Shown in pieces: positions 48,349 through 55,976 of a stretch of DNA of 55,976 nt (its first letter is position 1; each line of letters opens with the position of its first letter). The notes beneath the pieces are model-generated. The model had not been told where the DNA came from and did no database searches. It saw only the letters and a list, made by a program, of their open reading frames with translations. The position numbers and the translations under genes were made by a program. Source of the DNA: Actinomycetota bacterium (lineage in GTDB: Bacteria > Actinomycetota > Thermoleophilia > Solirubrobacterales > 70-9); NCBI GenBank assembly GCA_048498975.1, contig JBEHWY010000001.1:1-55976 (forward strand), in the 5' to 3' direction.

Positions 48349-49212
48349 ATGCTGATCGGGGCGCATGTATCCACCGCCGGGGGGCTCGCCAACGCGGTCA
48401 AGCGCGGCGAGGAGCGCGGCTGCGAATCGATCCAGATCTTCCACCAGAGCCCGCGGATGTGGCGGCCGACCAAATACGGCGAGGAGGACTTCGCCGCCTT
48501 CCGCGAGGCGATGGACGCCTCGAAGGTGGAAGCGGTGATCATCCATGCCGTCTACCTGATCAACTGCGCGACCAAAGACAAAGAGCTGCGCAAGAAGTCG
48601 CTCGCCTCGCTCACCCACGCGCTGCGGATCGGCGACGGGATCGGCGCCCGGGGCGTCGTCCTGCACCCCGGCGCCCAGAAAGGCGAGCCGCACGGGCCGT
48701 CGATGAAACGGGCCGGCAAAGTGATCGCCGCGGCGCTGAAGGACAGCGACCACTGTCCGCTGCTGCTCGAGCAGACCGCCGGCCACAAAGGCCTGCTCGG
48801 CCGCGACTTCGACGAGACCGCGGCTCTGATCGAACTCGGCGGCGGCGGTAAACGGCTCGGCCTCTGCCTCGACTCCTGCCACATGTTCGTCCAGGGCTAC
48901 GACGTCACCGACGAAGAGCACCTCGCGGCAACTCTCGACGAAGCCGACGCCAAGGTCGGGATCGAGCGCCTCGGCGCCGTCCACGTCAACGACGCCGCCA
49001 CCCCCCTCGGCTCCCACCTCGACCGCCACGCCAACATCGGCAAAGGCGAGATGGGCCGCAAAGGCCTCGCCGCCTTCCTCTCCGAGCCCCGCTTCGAGGG
49101 CCTCCCCGCCACCCTGGAGACCCCGGGTCCGGAAAAGAAAGGCACGAGCAAGCAGGAAGTGGCCCTGGCCAAGCGCCTGCGCCGCGAAGGCCTCAAACGC
49201 CGATTGGCGTGA
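48349..49212 (+). CDS. nfo: endonuclease IV (AP endonuclease family 2)
   Basis: 287 aa with MLIGAHVSTAGGL...IHAVYLINCA...VLHPG...LDSCH. TAGGAT lies 8 nt upstream of the ATG, so the mRNA may be leaderless. Confidence 0.9.
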   Translation: MLIGAHVSTAGGLANAVKRGEERGCESIQIFHQSPRMWRPTKYGEEDFAAFREAMDASKVEAVIIHAVYLINCATKDKELRKKSLASLTHALRIGDGIGARGVVLHPGAQKGEPHGPSMKRAGKVIAAALKDSDHCPLLLEQTAGHKGLLGRDFDETAALIELGGGGKRLGLCLDSCHMFVQGYDVTDEEHLAATLDEADAKVGIERLGAVHVNDAATPLGSHLDRHANIGKGEMGRKGLAAFLSEPRFEGLPATLETPGPEKKGTSKQEVALAKRLRREGLKRRLA

Positions 49213-49229
49213 GGGGTGCGGACCCCCTC
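49211..49229 (+). terminator. GAGGGG-N7-CCCCTC hairpin overlapping the nfo stop codon
   Basis: Seen directly. It is the same stem type as at 9071-9088. Confidence 0.35.
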
Positions 49230-49394
49230 CCACGATGCCGCCGTTTGATTCCGAGCTTCCGGGCCTTCGACCGCGTTCCGAAGCTCATCGAGCCGAGGGC
49301 GCAGACCGGCTCATGGTGCTGGGCGCGTGGGCCGCTGCCGGGCAGCTCCTGCGCCCGCGCCTGGCTGGCCAATCAGCCGAATCCAGGCAGGCGA

Positions 49395-49420
49395 CAAGGG
49401 CCGGCGTGTGCCGGCCCTTG
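49395..49420. terminator. strong 11-bp hairpin between convergent nfo and the acyl-CoA dehydrogenase gene
   Basis: CAAGGGCCGGC-GTGT-GCCGGCCCTTG, 19 nt past the acd stop. Confidence 0.55.
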
Positions 49421-49439
49421 CTCTCCCGCCGTAAACCTT

Positions 49440-50738
49440 TTATTTGACGTGGACGCCGGAGATCGCGCGGGAGATGACGAGGCGCTGGATCTCGGAGGTG
49501 CCCTCGAAGATGGTGTAGATCTTGGCGTCGCGGTGCATCCGCTCGACCGGGAACTCGCGGGTGTAGCCGTTGCCGCCGAGGATCTGGATCGCCCGCTCGG
49601 TCGCCCAAACCGCGACCTCGCCGGCCTTCAGCTTCGACATCGAGCCCTCGGCGTTTTCGAAGCGGTGGCCGTTGCGGCCCATCCAGGCAGCGCGCCAGAC
49701 GAGCAGGCGGGCGGCGTCGATCTCGAGCTTCATGTCGGCGAGAGTGAAGGCGATCGACTGGTTCTCGACGATCGCCCGGCCGAACTGCCGGCGCTCTTTG
49801 GCGTAGTCGAGCGCGTACTCGTAGGCGGCGCGGGCGATTCCCAGCGCCTGGGCGCCGACCACCGGCCGGCTCGCCTCGAAGGTCTGCATCGCCGCCTGCG
49901 ACTTGGAGCGTTTGCCCTCGCGGACCCGAGCGAGGCGTTCGTCCAGCTTGTCTTTGCCGCCCAGCAGGCAGGAGCCCGGGACGCGGCAGTCGTCGAGGTG
50001 GACGTCGGCGGTGTGCGAGGCGCGCAGGCCGTGCTTCTTCACCTTCGCGCCCTGCTCGCAGCCCTTGGTCCCCGGCGGGATGATGAAGGCGGCGTGGCCG
50101 CGCGAGCCGAGCTCGCGGTCGACCGAGGCGATCACGACGTGGACGTTGGCGATGCCGCCGTTGGTCGCCCAGGCCTTCTGCCCGTTCAGCACCCATTCGT
50201 CGCTCGCCTCGTCGTACTTGGCGGTGGTGCGGATCGCCGAGACGTCGGATCCGGCGTCCGGCTCCGACGCGCAGAAGGCGGCGAGCTTGACGTCGTCCGG
50301 CGTGCCGAAGCACTGCGGGATCCACTCCCCCATCTGCTCCGGGGTTCCCTGCCCGAAGATTGCGGCGACGGCGAGCGAGGTGCCCATGATCGCCATCCCG
50401 ATGCCCGCGTCGCCCCAGAACAGCTCCTCGTTGGCGATCGGCAGGGTCAGGCCGGTCTCGTCGGCCCAGAACTGCCCCATCGCTTCGAAGCTGTACAGGC
50501 CGATCTTGGCGGCCTCCTGGATCACCGGCCAGGGAGTCTCCTCGCGCTCGTCCCATTCGGAGGCGGCGGGACGGACGACGCCCTCGGCGAAGCCGTGCAC
50601 CCACTCGCGGATGTCCTTCTGGTCCTGGTTGAGCTCGAGCGTGAAGGCGGGACCCTCGGCCTGCCCGGATCCGTTCCCGGCGGCGCTGGTCAGCACCTCG
50701 TCGTTGGTGGCGTCAGCCACGGTTGCTCCCTCCGGCAT
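49440..50738 (-). CDS. acyl-CoA dehydrogenase
   Basis: Start MPEGATV at 50738. ACAD N-terminal, middle and C-terminal domain signatures (FCASEPDAGSD, GQKAWATNGG, IFEGTSEIQRLVI). Confidence 0.9.
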   Translation of the reverse strand: MPEGATVADATNDEVLTSAAGNGSGQAEGPAFTLELNQDQKDIREWVHGFAEGVVRPAASEWDEREETPWPVIQEAAKIGLYSFEAMGQFWADETGLTLPIANEELFWGDAGIGMAIMGTSLAVAAIFGQGTPEQMGEWIPQCFGTPDDVKLAAFCASEPDAGSDVSAIRTTAKYDEASDEWVLNGQKAWATNGGIANVHVVIASVDRELGSRGHAAFIIPPGTKGCEQGAKVKKHGLRASHTADVHLDDCRVPGSCLLGGKDKLDERLARVREGKRSKSQAAMQTFEASRPVVGAQALGIARAAYEYALDYAKERRQFGRAIVENQSIAFTLADMKLEIDAARLLVWRAAWMGRNGHRFENAEGSMSKLKAGEVAVWATERAIQILGGNGYTREFPVERMHRDAKIYTIFEGTSEIQRLVISRAISGVHVK

Positions 50739-50750
50739 CGCGGGAATACT

Positions 50751-50785
50751 ACACGAAAACGTGTCGTGTCTACACGGATTCGTGT
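50751..50785. promoter_or_regulatory. tandem operator-like palindromes ACACG-N4-CGTGT upstream of the acyl-CoA dehydrogenase gene
   Basis: ACACGAAAACGTGT (50751-50764) and ACACGGATTCGTGT (50772-50785) have centres 21 bp apart. A minus-strand TAGTAT -10 (50746-50751) lies 7 nt from the ATG. Confidence 0.5.
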
Positions 50786-50802
50786 CTAAATTTTCACGGC
50801 AC

Positions 50803-51180
50803 TCAGACGTCGCGCAGATCGAAGGCGCGCAGGCCCTCGGCACCGGTGTCGGTGCAGTCGAAGAAGCGGCGGTTGACGCAGCCGTAGGACTCGCCGCTGC
50901 CCTCGTAGGCGCGCTCGACCGAGAACTGGCAGTGCGGCAGCGGCTCGCCGGTCATCTTGACCCCGCCGAAGCCCCCCTTCTGAAGGACGGCGGCCAGATC
51001 GATCTCCGCCGAGAACACCTCCTGCATGCAGCCGACGTACTGGTTGCCGCTGAGACGGTCGACGTAGCTGTAGAGGTAGCGGCAGCCGAGTTCGACGCAG
51101 CCGCGCGGCTCGACCATCTTGTCGCAGAAGGCGCGGCACTGGCGGCATTCGCCGATCTCGGTGCGGGGGGTGACGCTCAT
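50803..51180 (-). CDS. cysteine-rich hypothetical protein (125 aa, 9 Cys)
   Basis: Contains a CxxCxxxC motif (CRQCRAFC) and further Cys. Codon usage is consistent with its neighbours. No family was recognised. Confidence 0.6.
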   Translation of the reverse strand: MSVTPRTEIGECRQCRAFCDKMVEPRGCVELGCRYLYSYVDRLSGNQYVGCMQEVFSAEIDLAAVLQKGGFGGVKMTGEPLPHCQFSVERAYEGSGESYGCVNRRFFDCTDTGAEGLRAFDLRDV

Positions 51181-51229
51181 AGAGAAAGTCTAGGGACGCC
51201 GCTGCGCGGAACCAAGCGATTTGGCTTGG

Positions 51230-54200
51230 TCAAGCGGCCAGGGCGGCGGTGCCGAGGACCTGGCCGAGCTCGTTGCGCAGGTGGGTCGACGGCCGCACGC
51301 GGTAGCCGTCGCCGAACTTCAGCTGCTTCTCCCCCGCGCTGGTCTTGACCAGGACGTGGACGTCGGCCTCGCCCTTGTGGTGTTCGAAGACCGCCTTCAG
51401 CTCGGCGACCAGCTCGGGGCTGAGGCTGGCGGCGTCGACGGTCAGCTCGAAGGGACCGCTCGGCGTCGCCGCCGGCGCCAGCTTCTTGGCGTTGGCGATT
51501 TCGTCGGAGTCGGGTTCGAAGCGGCTCACCTCTTGGACGACGAGCTTGGTTTCGCCGCGGTCCTTGTGGTCGAGGCGACCGCGGACGAGGACGATCGCGT
51601 CGGGCGCGATCGTCTCGGCGACGTCGGACTGGTCGGCCTTGAAGACGATCAGCTCGATCTGGCCCTCGACGTCGTCGAGCGTCGCGAACATCATCTGGTT
51701 GCCGCTCTTGGTGCGGATCTTCTTGCAGTCGACGATGATGCCGCCGACCGTGGCCCAGGCGCCGTCGGCCTTGCCGCCGAGCTCGGCCAGGCTGCAGTCG
51801 ACGCGGGCGCGCAGCGCCGGCCCGACTTCGGCCAGCGGGTGCGAAGAGAGGTAGGTGCCAAGCGTCTCCTTCTCCATCGCCAGCAGCTCCGCCCGCTCGA
51901 ACTCGGTGGCGGAGATCGGCGGCCGCTGGTGGGCGGCCGCGGGCTGCGCGGCCCCTCCCCCGGAGTCCTCGCCGAAGTCGAAGATCGAGCCCTGGCCGAG
52001 CTGCGCGTCCTCCTGCGCCTTCTGGCCGGCGGACTGAGCCTGCGGCAGCATCTCCAGCATCCCCTTGCGGGTGTCCCCGGTCGAGTCGAGAGCGCCGCAC
52101 TTGATCAGGCATTCGATCGCGCGTTTGTTGACCGCGCGCGAGTCGACCCGCTCGCAGAAGTCCCAGATCGAGTCGATCGGCTTCTCCTCGCGGGCGCGGA
52201 GGATCGCCTCGACCGCGGAGTGGCCGACGTTCTTGACCGCGTCGAGGCCGAAACGGATCGCGTTCTCGGAGACGACGAAGCTGTGGTCGGAGGAGTTGAC
52301 GTCGGGCGGCAGGACGTCGATCCCCATCTCCGCGCAGCGGTTGACGAAGAAGGGCACCTTGTCTTTGGTGTTCATCACCGAGGAGATCACCGCCGCCATG
52401 TACTCGGCCGGGTAGTTGGCCTTGAGGTAGGCGGTGCGGTAGGAGATCAGCGCGTAGCAGGCGGCGTGGGACTTGTTGAACGAGTAGTCGGCGGCGGCTT
52501 CGTTCAGTTTCCAGAGGTCTTTGGCGACGCTCGGAGCGGTGCCGGACTTGGCCAGCCCTTCGATGAACTTATCCTTCATCGTCGCCATCAGGTCGCGCTT
52601 CTTCTTGCCGATCGCCTTGCGCAGGTCGTCCGCCTCGGAGGGGCTGAAGCCCGCCATCTGCTTGGCGATCTCCATCAACTGCTCCTGGTAGAGGACGCAG
52701 CCGTAGGTCGATTCGGTGAAGGCGCGCAGGCGCTCGTCGGGATAGGTGACGGTGGCCGGGTTGCGCTTGCCCTTGGCGTAGGCGGGGATGTAGGCCATCG
52801 CGCCCGGGCGGTAGAGGGCGACGAGGGCGACGATGTCGGCGAACTCGGTCGGCCGCACCTTCTTCATCGCCTCGCGCATCCCCTCGGACTCGAGCTGGAA
52901 GACGCCGGTCGAGTCGCCCTCGGCGAGCATCGCGTAGGTCTTGGCGTCGTCGATCGGGATCTTCTCGATGTCGAGCCGCTCGCCGCGCGAGCGCTCGATG
53001 ATGTCGATCGCGTCCTCGATCACGTCGAGGTTGCGCAGGCCGAGGAAGTCCATCTTCAGCAGCCCCAGCTCCTCGATCGGCCCCATCGAGTACTGGGTCA
53101 CGATCTTGTACTGGCGCTCGGGCTTGGCCGACCCGTTGCCGGCCGCGCTGGCGGCCGGGGCGCTGCGGTCCTCGGCCAGCTGCAGGGGGACGATTTCCTG
53201 CAGCGGGCGGTCGGAGATGACGACCGCGGCGGCGTGGATCGAGTTGTTGCGGATGATCCCCTCGAGGCCTTGGGCGACGTCGATGATCCGCTTCGCGTCG
53301 GCGTCCTCGTCGTAGGTCCGTTTCAGCTCCTGGCCCGGCTTCAGGCACTCGTCGAAGGAGGGGCTGCGGCCCATGATCGGCTCCGGGATCTGCTTCGCGA
53401 GGCGGTCGCCGGTGCCGTAGTCGAAGCCGAGCACGCGGGCGGCGTCGCGGGTCGCCGCGCGCGGCGCCATCTTGCCGAAGGTGATGATCTGGGCGACCGA
53501 TTCGCGGCCGTATTTCTCGCCGACGTAGCGGATCATCCGCTCGCGGCCACGGACCGAGAAGTCGATGTCGATGTCCGGCATCGATTTGCGGCCGGGGTTG
53601 AGGAAGCGCTCGAACAGCAGGTCGTTGGCGAGCGGGTCGAGGTCGGTGATGCCGAGCGAGTAGGAGATGATCGAGCCGGCGGCCGAGCCGCGGCCGGGCC
53701 CGACGGCGACGCCGTTCTGCTTCGCGTAGTGGACGAAGTCCCAGACGATCAGGAAGTAGGAGGAGAAGCCCATCTCCTCGATCACGCCGAGCTCGAACTC
53801 CATCCGCTCGACCGCCTCCGCCGGCGGCGGGTCGCCGTAGCGCTCACGCAGCCCCTCGGCCGCGATCCGCCGCAGCATCGCCTCCGGCTCCTCGCCGGTC
53901 TCGGTCGGGTAGCGCGGCAGCAGCAGGCTGCCGAGCTCGATCTCCAGCGAGCAGCGCTCGGCGATCTCCAGCGAGGTCGGCACCGCCTCCGGCCACTCGG
54001 CGAAGGACTCGTGCATTTCCTCGGAGCTCTTGATGTAGAACTCGTTGGTGTCGAAGCTCATCTTCGGCGCCGACAGCGTCGACTTGGTCTGCACGCAGAG
54101 CAGCGCCGCGTGGTTGTCGAAGTCCTCGCGGGTCAGGTAGTGGACGTCGGCGGTGGCGACCAGCGGCCGGCCCAGCTCGCGGGCGTAGCGGACGATCCCC

Positions 54201-54769
54201 TGGTTGGCCTTGTCCTGCTCGTCGATCCCGTTCTTCTGCACCTCGAAGTAGACCTGGTCGGGCCCGAAGGCCTGGATCAGGTCGTCGAGGTGGGCGCGGG
54301 CGTCGTCGGGGCGTTCTTCGACCAGGCGGCGGCAGAAGCGCGACTGCAGGCAGCCGGTGAGCGCGATGACGCCGTCGGAGTGCGAGGCGAGAAGCTCGAG
54401 GTCGACGTTGGCCTTGCCGCGCGAGAACCCCTCGAGGAAGCCGGCCGAGGTGAGTTTGACGAGGTTGGCGAAACCCTTGTCGTTCTCCGCCAGCAGGGTC
54501 AGGTGGTTGCGCTCGTACTTGGTCTGTTCCTTGATCGCGCGGCGATCGTCGACCAGGTAGGCCTCGAGCCCGACGATCGGTTTGATCCCGTGCTTGTTGC
54601 AGGCCTTGTAGAGGTCGATCGCCCCGTTCATCACGCCGTGGTCGGTCAGCCCCAGCGCCGGCTGCCCCAGGTCCGCCGCGCGCTTGGCCATCGCGTCGAT
54701 CTTGCAGGCGCCATCGAGCAGCGAGTACTCGCTGTGGGCATGCAGATGTACGGCAGGAGAAGTGCTCAC
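51230..54769 (-). CDS. dnaE: DNA polymerase III alpha subunit
   Basis: 1179 aa. PHP domain VHLHAHSEYSLLDG, polymerase core and OB fold. Confidence 0.97.
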   Translation of the reverse strand: MSTSPAVHLHAHSEYSLLDGACKIDAMAKRAADLGQPALGLTDHGVMNGAIDLYKACNKHGIKPIVGLEAYLVDDRRAIKEQTKYERNHLTLLAENDKGFANLVKLTSAGFLEGFSRGKANVDLELLASHSDGVIALTGCLQSRFCRRLVEERPDDARAHLDDLIQAFGPDQVYFEVQKNGIDEQDKANQGIVRYARELGRPLVATADVHYLTREDFDNHAALLCVQTKSTLSAPKMSFDTNEFYIKSSEEMHESFAEWPEAVPTSLEIAERCSLEIELGSLLLPRYPTETGEEPEAMLRRIAAEGLRERYGDPPPAEAVERMEFELGVIEEMGFSSYFLIVWDFVHYAKQNGVAVGPGRGSAAGSIISYSLGITDLDPLANDLLFERFLNPGRKSMPDIDIDFSVRGRERMIRYVGEKYGRESVAQIITFGKMAPRAATRDAARVLGFDYGTGDRLAKQIPEPIMGRSPSFDECLKPGQELKRTYDEDADAKRIIDVAQGLEGIIRNNSIHAAAVVISDRPLQEIVPLQLAEDRSAPAASAAGNGSAKPERQYKIVTQYSMGPIEELGLLKMDFLGLRNLDVIEDAIDIIERSRGERLDIEKIPIDDAKTYAMLAEGDSTGVFQLESEGMREAMKKVRPTEFADIVALVALYRPGAMAYIPAYAKGKRNPATVTYPDERLRAFTESTYGCVLYQEQLMEIAKQMAGFSPSEADDLRKAIGKKKRDLMATMKDKFIEGLAKSGTAPSVAKDLWKLNEAAADYSFNKSHAACYALISYRTAYLKANYPAEYMAAVISSVMNTKDKVPFFVNRCAEMGIDVLPPDVNSSDHSFVVSENAIRFGLDAVKNVGHSAVEAILRAREEKPIDSIWDFCERVDSRAVNKRAIECLIKCGALDSTGDTRKGMLEMLPQAQSAGQKAQEDAQLGQGSIFDFGEDSGGGAAQPAAAHQRPPISATEFERAELLAMEKETLGTYLSSHPLAEVGPALRARVDCSLAELGGKADGAWATVGGIIVDCKKIRTKSGNQMMFATLDDVEGQIELIVFKADQSDVAETIAPDAIVLVRGRLDHKDRGETKLVVQEVSRFEPDSDEIANAKKLAPAATPSGPFELTVDAASLSPELVAELKAVFEHHKGEADVHVLVKTSAGEKQLKFGDGYRVRPSTHLRNELGQVLGTAALAA

Positions 54770-54854
54770 GAGAGAGTCACGATCATGCCAATCCGGTCAG
54801 ATGGCACCGGGGCCCGAACCCGCTATGTCCGGGGTCATTTTCGGAGGGCTGGCG

Positions 54855-55964
54855 TCAGCCGCAGACCCAGGCGCTGGAGCCGGAGTCGGCCCAGATTTCG
54901 GCGGCGATGCGGTCCTGTTCGGCCTTCGGCGCGTTCTGGGGTTCGCCCTTGCCGCCGTACAGGTCCCAGGTCGAGGGCAGGATCTGGTAGGCGCCGCCGG
55001 CACCCGAGGAGGGGTTGACGGCGCCGTAGTCGCCGCCCGACTCGCACATCACGATGTAGGTGGGGATCGAGTACGGGCCGCCGAGCCAGCGACCGACCTC
55101 TTCTTCGGCTTCGGCGGCGCTCGCTTCCTGCGCGGCTTCGATCTGCGCCGACCACTTGCCGATCTGGCGTTTCAGCTGGGCCAGTGAGGCCTCGCGGCTG
55201 GCGCTGACCGCCTGCAGTTCGGCGGCGCTCGCCTGGGCGGCTTCGCGGACACCGGCGATTTCGTCGCGGGCCGCAGCGAGCCGTTCGTCGTAGGCGACGG
55301 CGCGAGCGCGCAGCGCCGCCACCTGCCCCACCTCGGCCTCGACTTCGGCGCGGACGGCGGCGACGCGCTCGGCCAGGGCGCTGTCGGCGGCGGCGATCCG
55401 GCGCAGGTAGTCGGTCTGGGTGAGGAGAGCGTCGTAGCTGTCGGATTCGAGTACCAGCGAGAGGCTGCTCGGCGAGCCGTTCTCATAGATCGCGACCAGC
55501 CGCGCCGCCAGCGCCGCCCGGGAGCGCCGCAGCCGCGCCTTGGCGACCGCCAGTTCGTGCCGAGTGCTCGCCAGCTCTTCGCTCAGCTCGGCGGCGTGGG
55601 CTTCGCCTTCGGCGAGCAGGCCGTCGAGCCGTTCCTCGTGCGCGGCAGCGGCTGCCCCTTCGGCTTCGGCGCTCGCCATCTGCGCCCGGCTTTCCTGCAG
55701 GCCGTCGGCCAGCGCGCCGGCTTCTTCCTGGGCTGAGGCGAGCTTGCCTTCGAGCGCTTCGGGGTCCGCGGCCCGGGCGCTGCCGCCGAGCGCGAGGACG
55801 CCGAGGACCAGAGCGGCGGTGAGCGCCGCCGCGAACAGCACGGACAGTTTCCTACTCGGTCGAGCCGAAGCCACGAAAGACGAGGCTAGCGGCCACCCTG
55901 GGCTCCCCCCGGCGGTTGCCGACAACCCGCAAGCGCGCTTGTGGGTTGTCGGGGCGGGAGGCAC
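54855..55964 (-). CDS. secreted coiled-coil protein with C-terminal Rpf/IsaA-like lytic transglycosylase domain
   Basis: Signal-like LSVLFAAALTAALVLGVLALGGSARA and a long Ala/Glu/Leu-rich coiled coil. The C-terminus carries CESGGDYGAVNPSSGAGGAYQILPSTW. The start is uncertain (probably internal). Confidence 0.75.
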   Translation of the reverse strand: MPPAPTTHKRACGLSATAGGSPGWPLASSFVASARPSRKLSVLFAAALTAALVLGVLALGGSARAADPEALEGKLASAQEEAGALADGLQESRAQMASAEAEGAAAAAHEERLDGLLAEGEAHAAELSEELASTRHELAVAKARLRRSRAALAARLVAIYENGSPSSLSLVLESDSYDALLTQTDYLRRIAAADSALAERVAAVRAEVEAEVGQVAALRARAVAYDERLAAARDEIAGVREAAQASAAELQAVSASREASLAQLKRQIGKWSAQIEAAQEASAAEAEEEVGRWLGGPYSIPTYIVMCESGGDYGAVNPSSGAGGAYQILPSTWDLYGGKGEPQNAPKAEQDRIAAEIWADSGSSAWVCG

Positions 55965-55976
55965 GGAGCCCCCACA

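Overview
A 56-kb, roughly 70% GC chromosomal window. Gene content and style point to a high-GC Gram-positive, Actinobacteriota-like organism, possibly Thermoleophilia or Rubrobacteria, but that placement is a guess. Most of it is core metabolism. It carries leuA with a Leu leader peptide, serC-serA, ilvC, a menaquinone cluster (menE / menB-A-C-D / menF) wedged between ilvBN and ilvC, gatCAB, folD, pcrA, an Rrf2-GNAT-cysK-cysE operon, gltX, nfo, an acyl-CoA dehydrogenase and dnaE. No rRNA, tRNA, CRISPR array, transposase or integrase was recognised. Many long ORFs in the six-frame track are GC-driven antisense artefacts of the real genes. The most interesting part is an envelope-glycosylation-like island at 20.0-26.4 kb. 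It holds a clear UDP-sulfoquinovose synthase (sqdB), two paralogous GT-C (GT39/ArnT-like) membrane glycosyltransferases, two secreted proteins (one frameshifted) and a membrane-anchored GT2. Both GT-C genes carry the same 51-nt perfect palindrome inserted in frame. Other points worth a second look: a translationally coupled DUF1800-DUF1501(Tat)-cupredoxin operon; three families of intergenic repeats or hairpins sitting between convergent genes (8.85-9.21 kb, 26.5 kb, 45.4-45.6 kb); several clean palindromic operator candidates (ndh, acyl-CoA dehydrogenase, serC); and an in-frame TGA separating a membrane protein from a GMC oxidoreductase.
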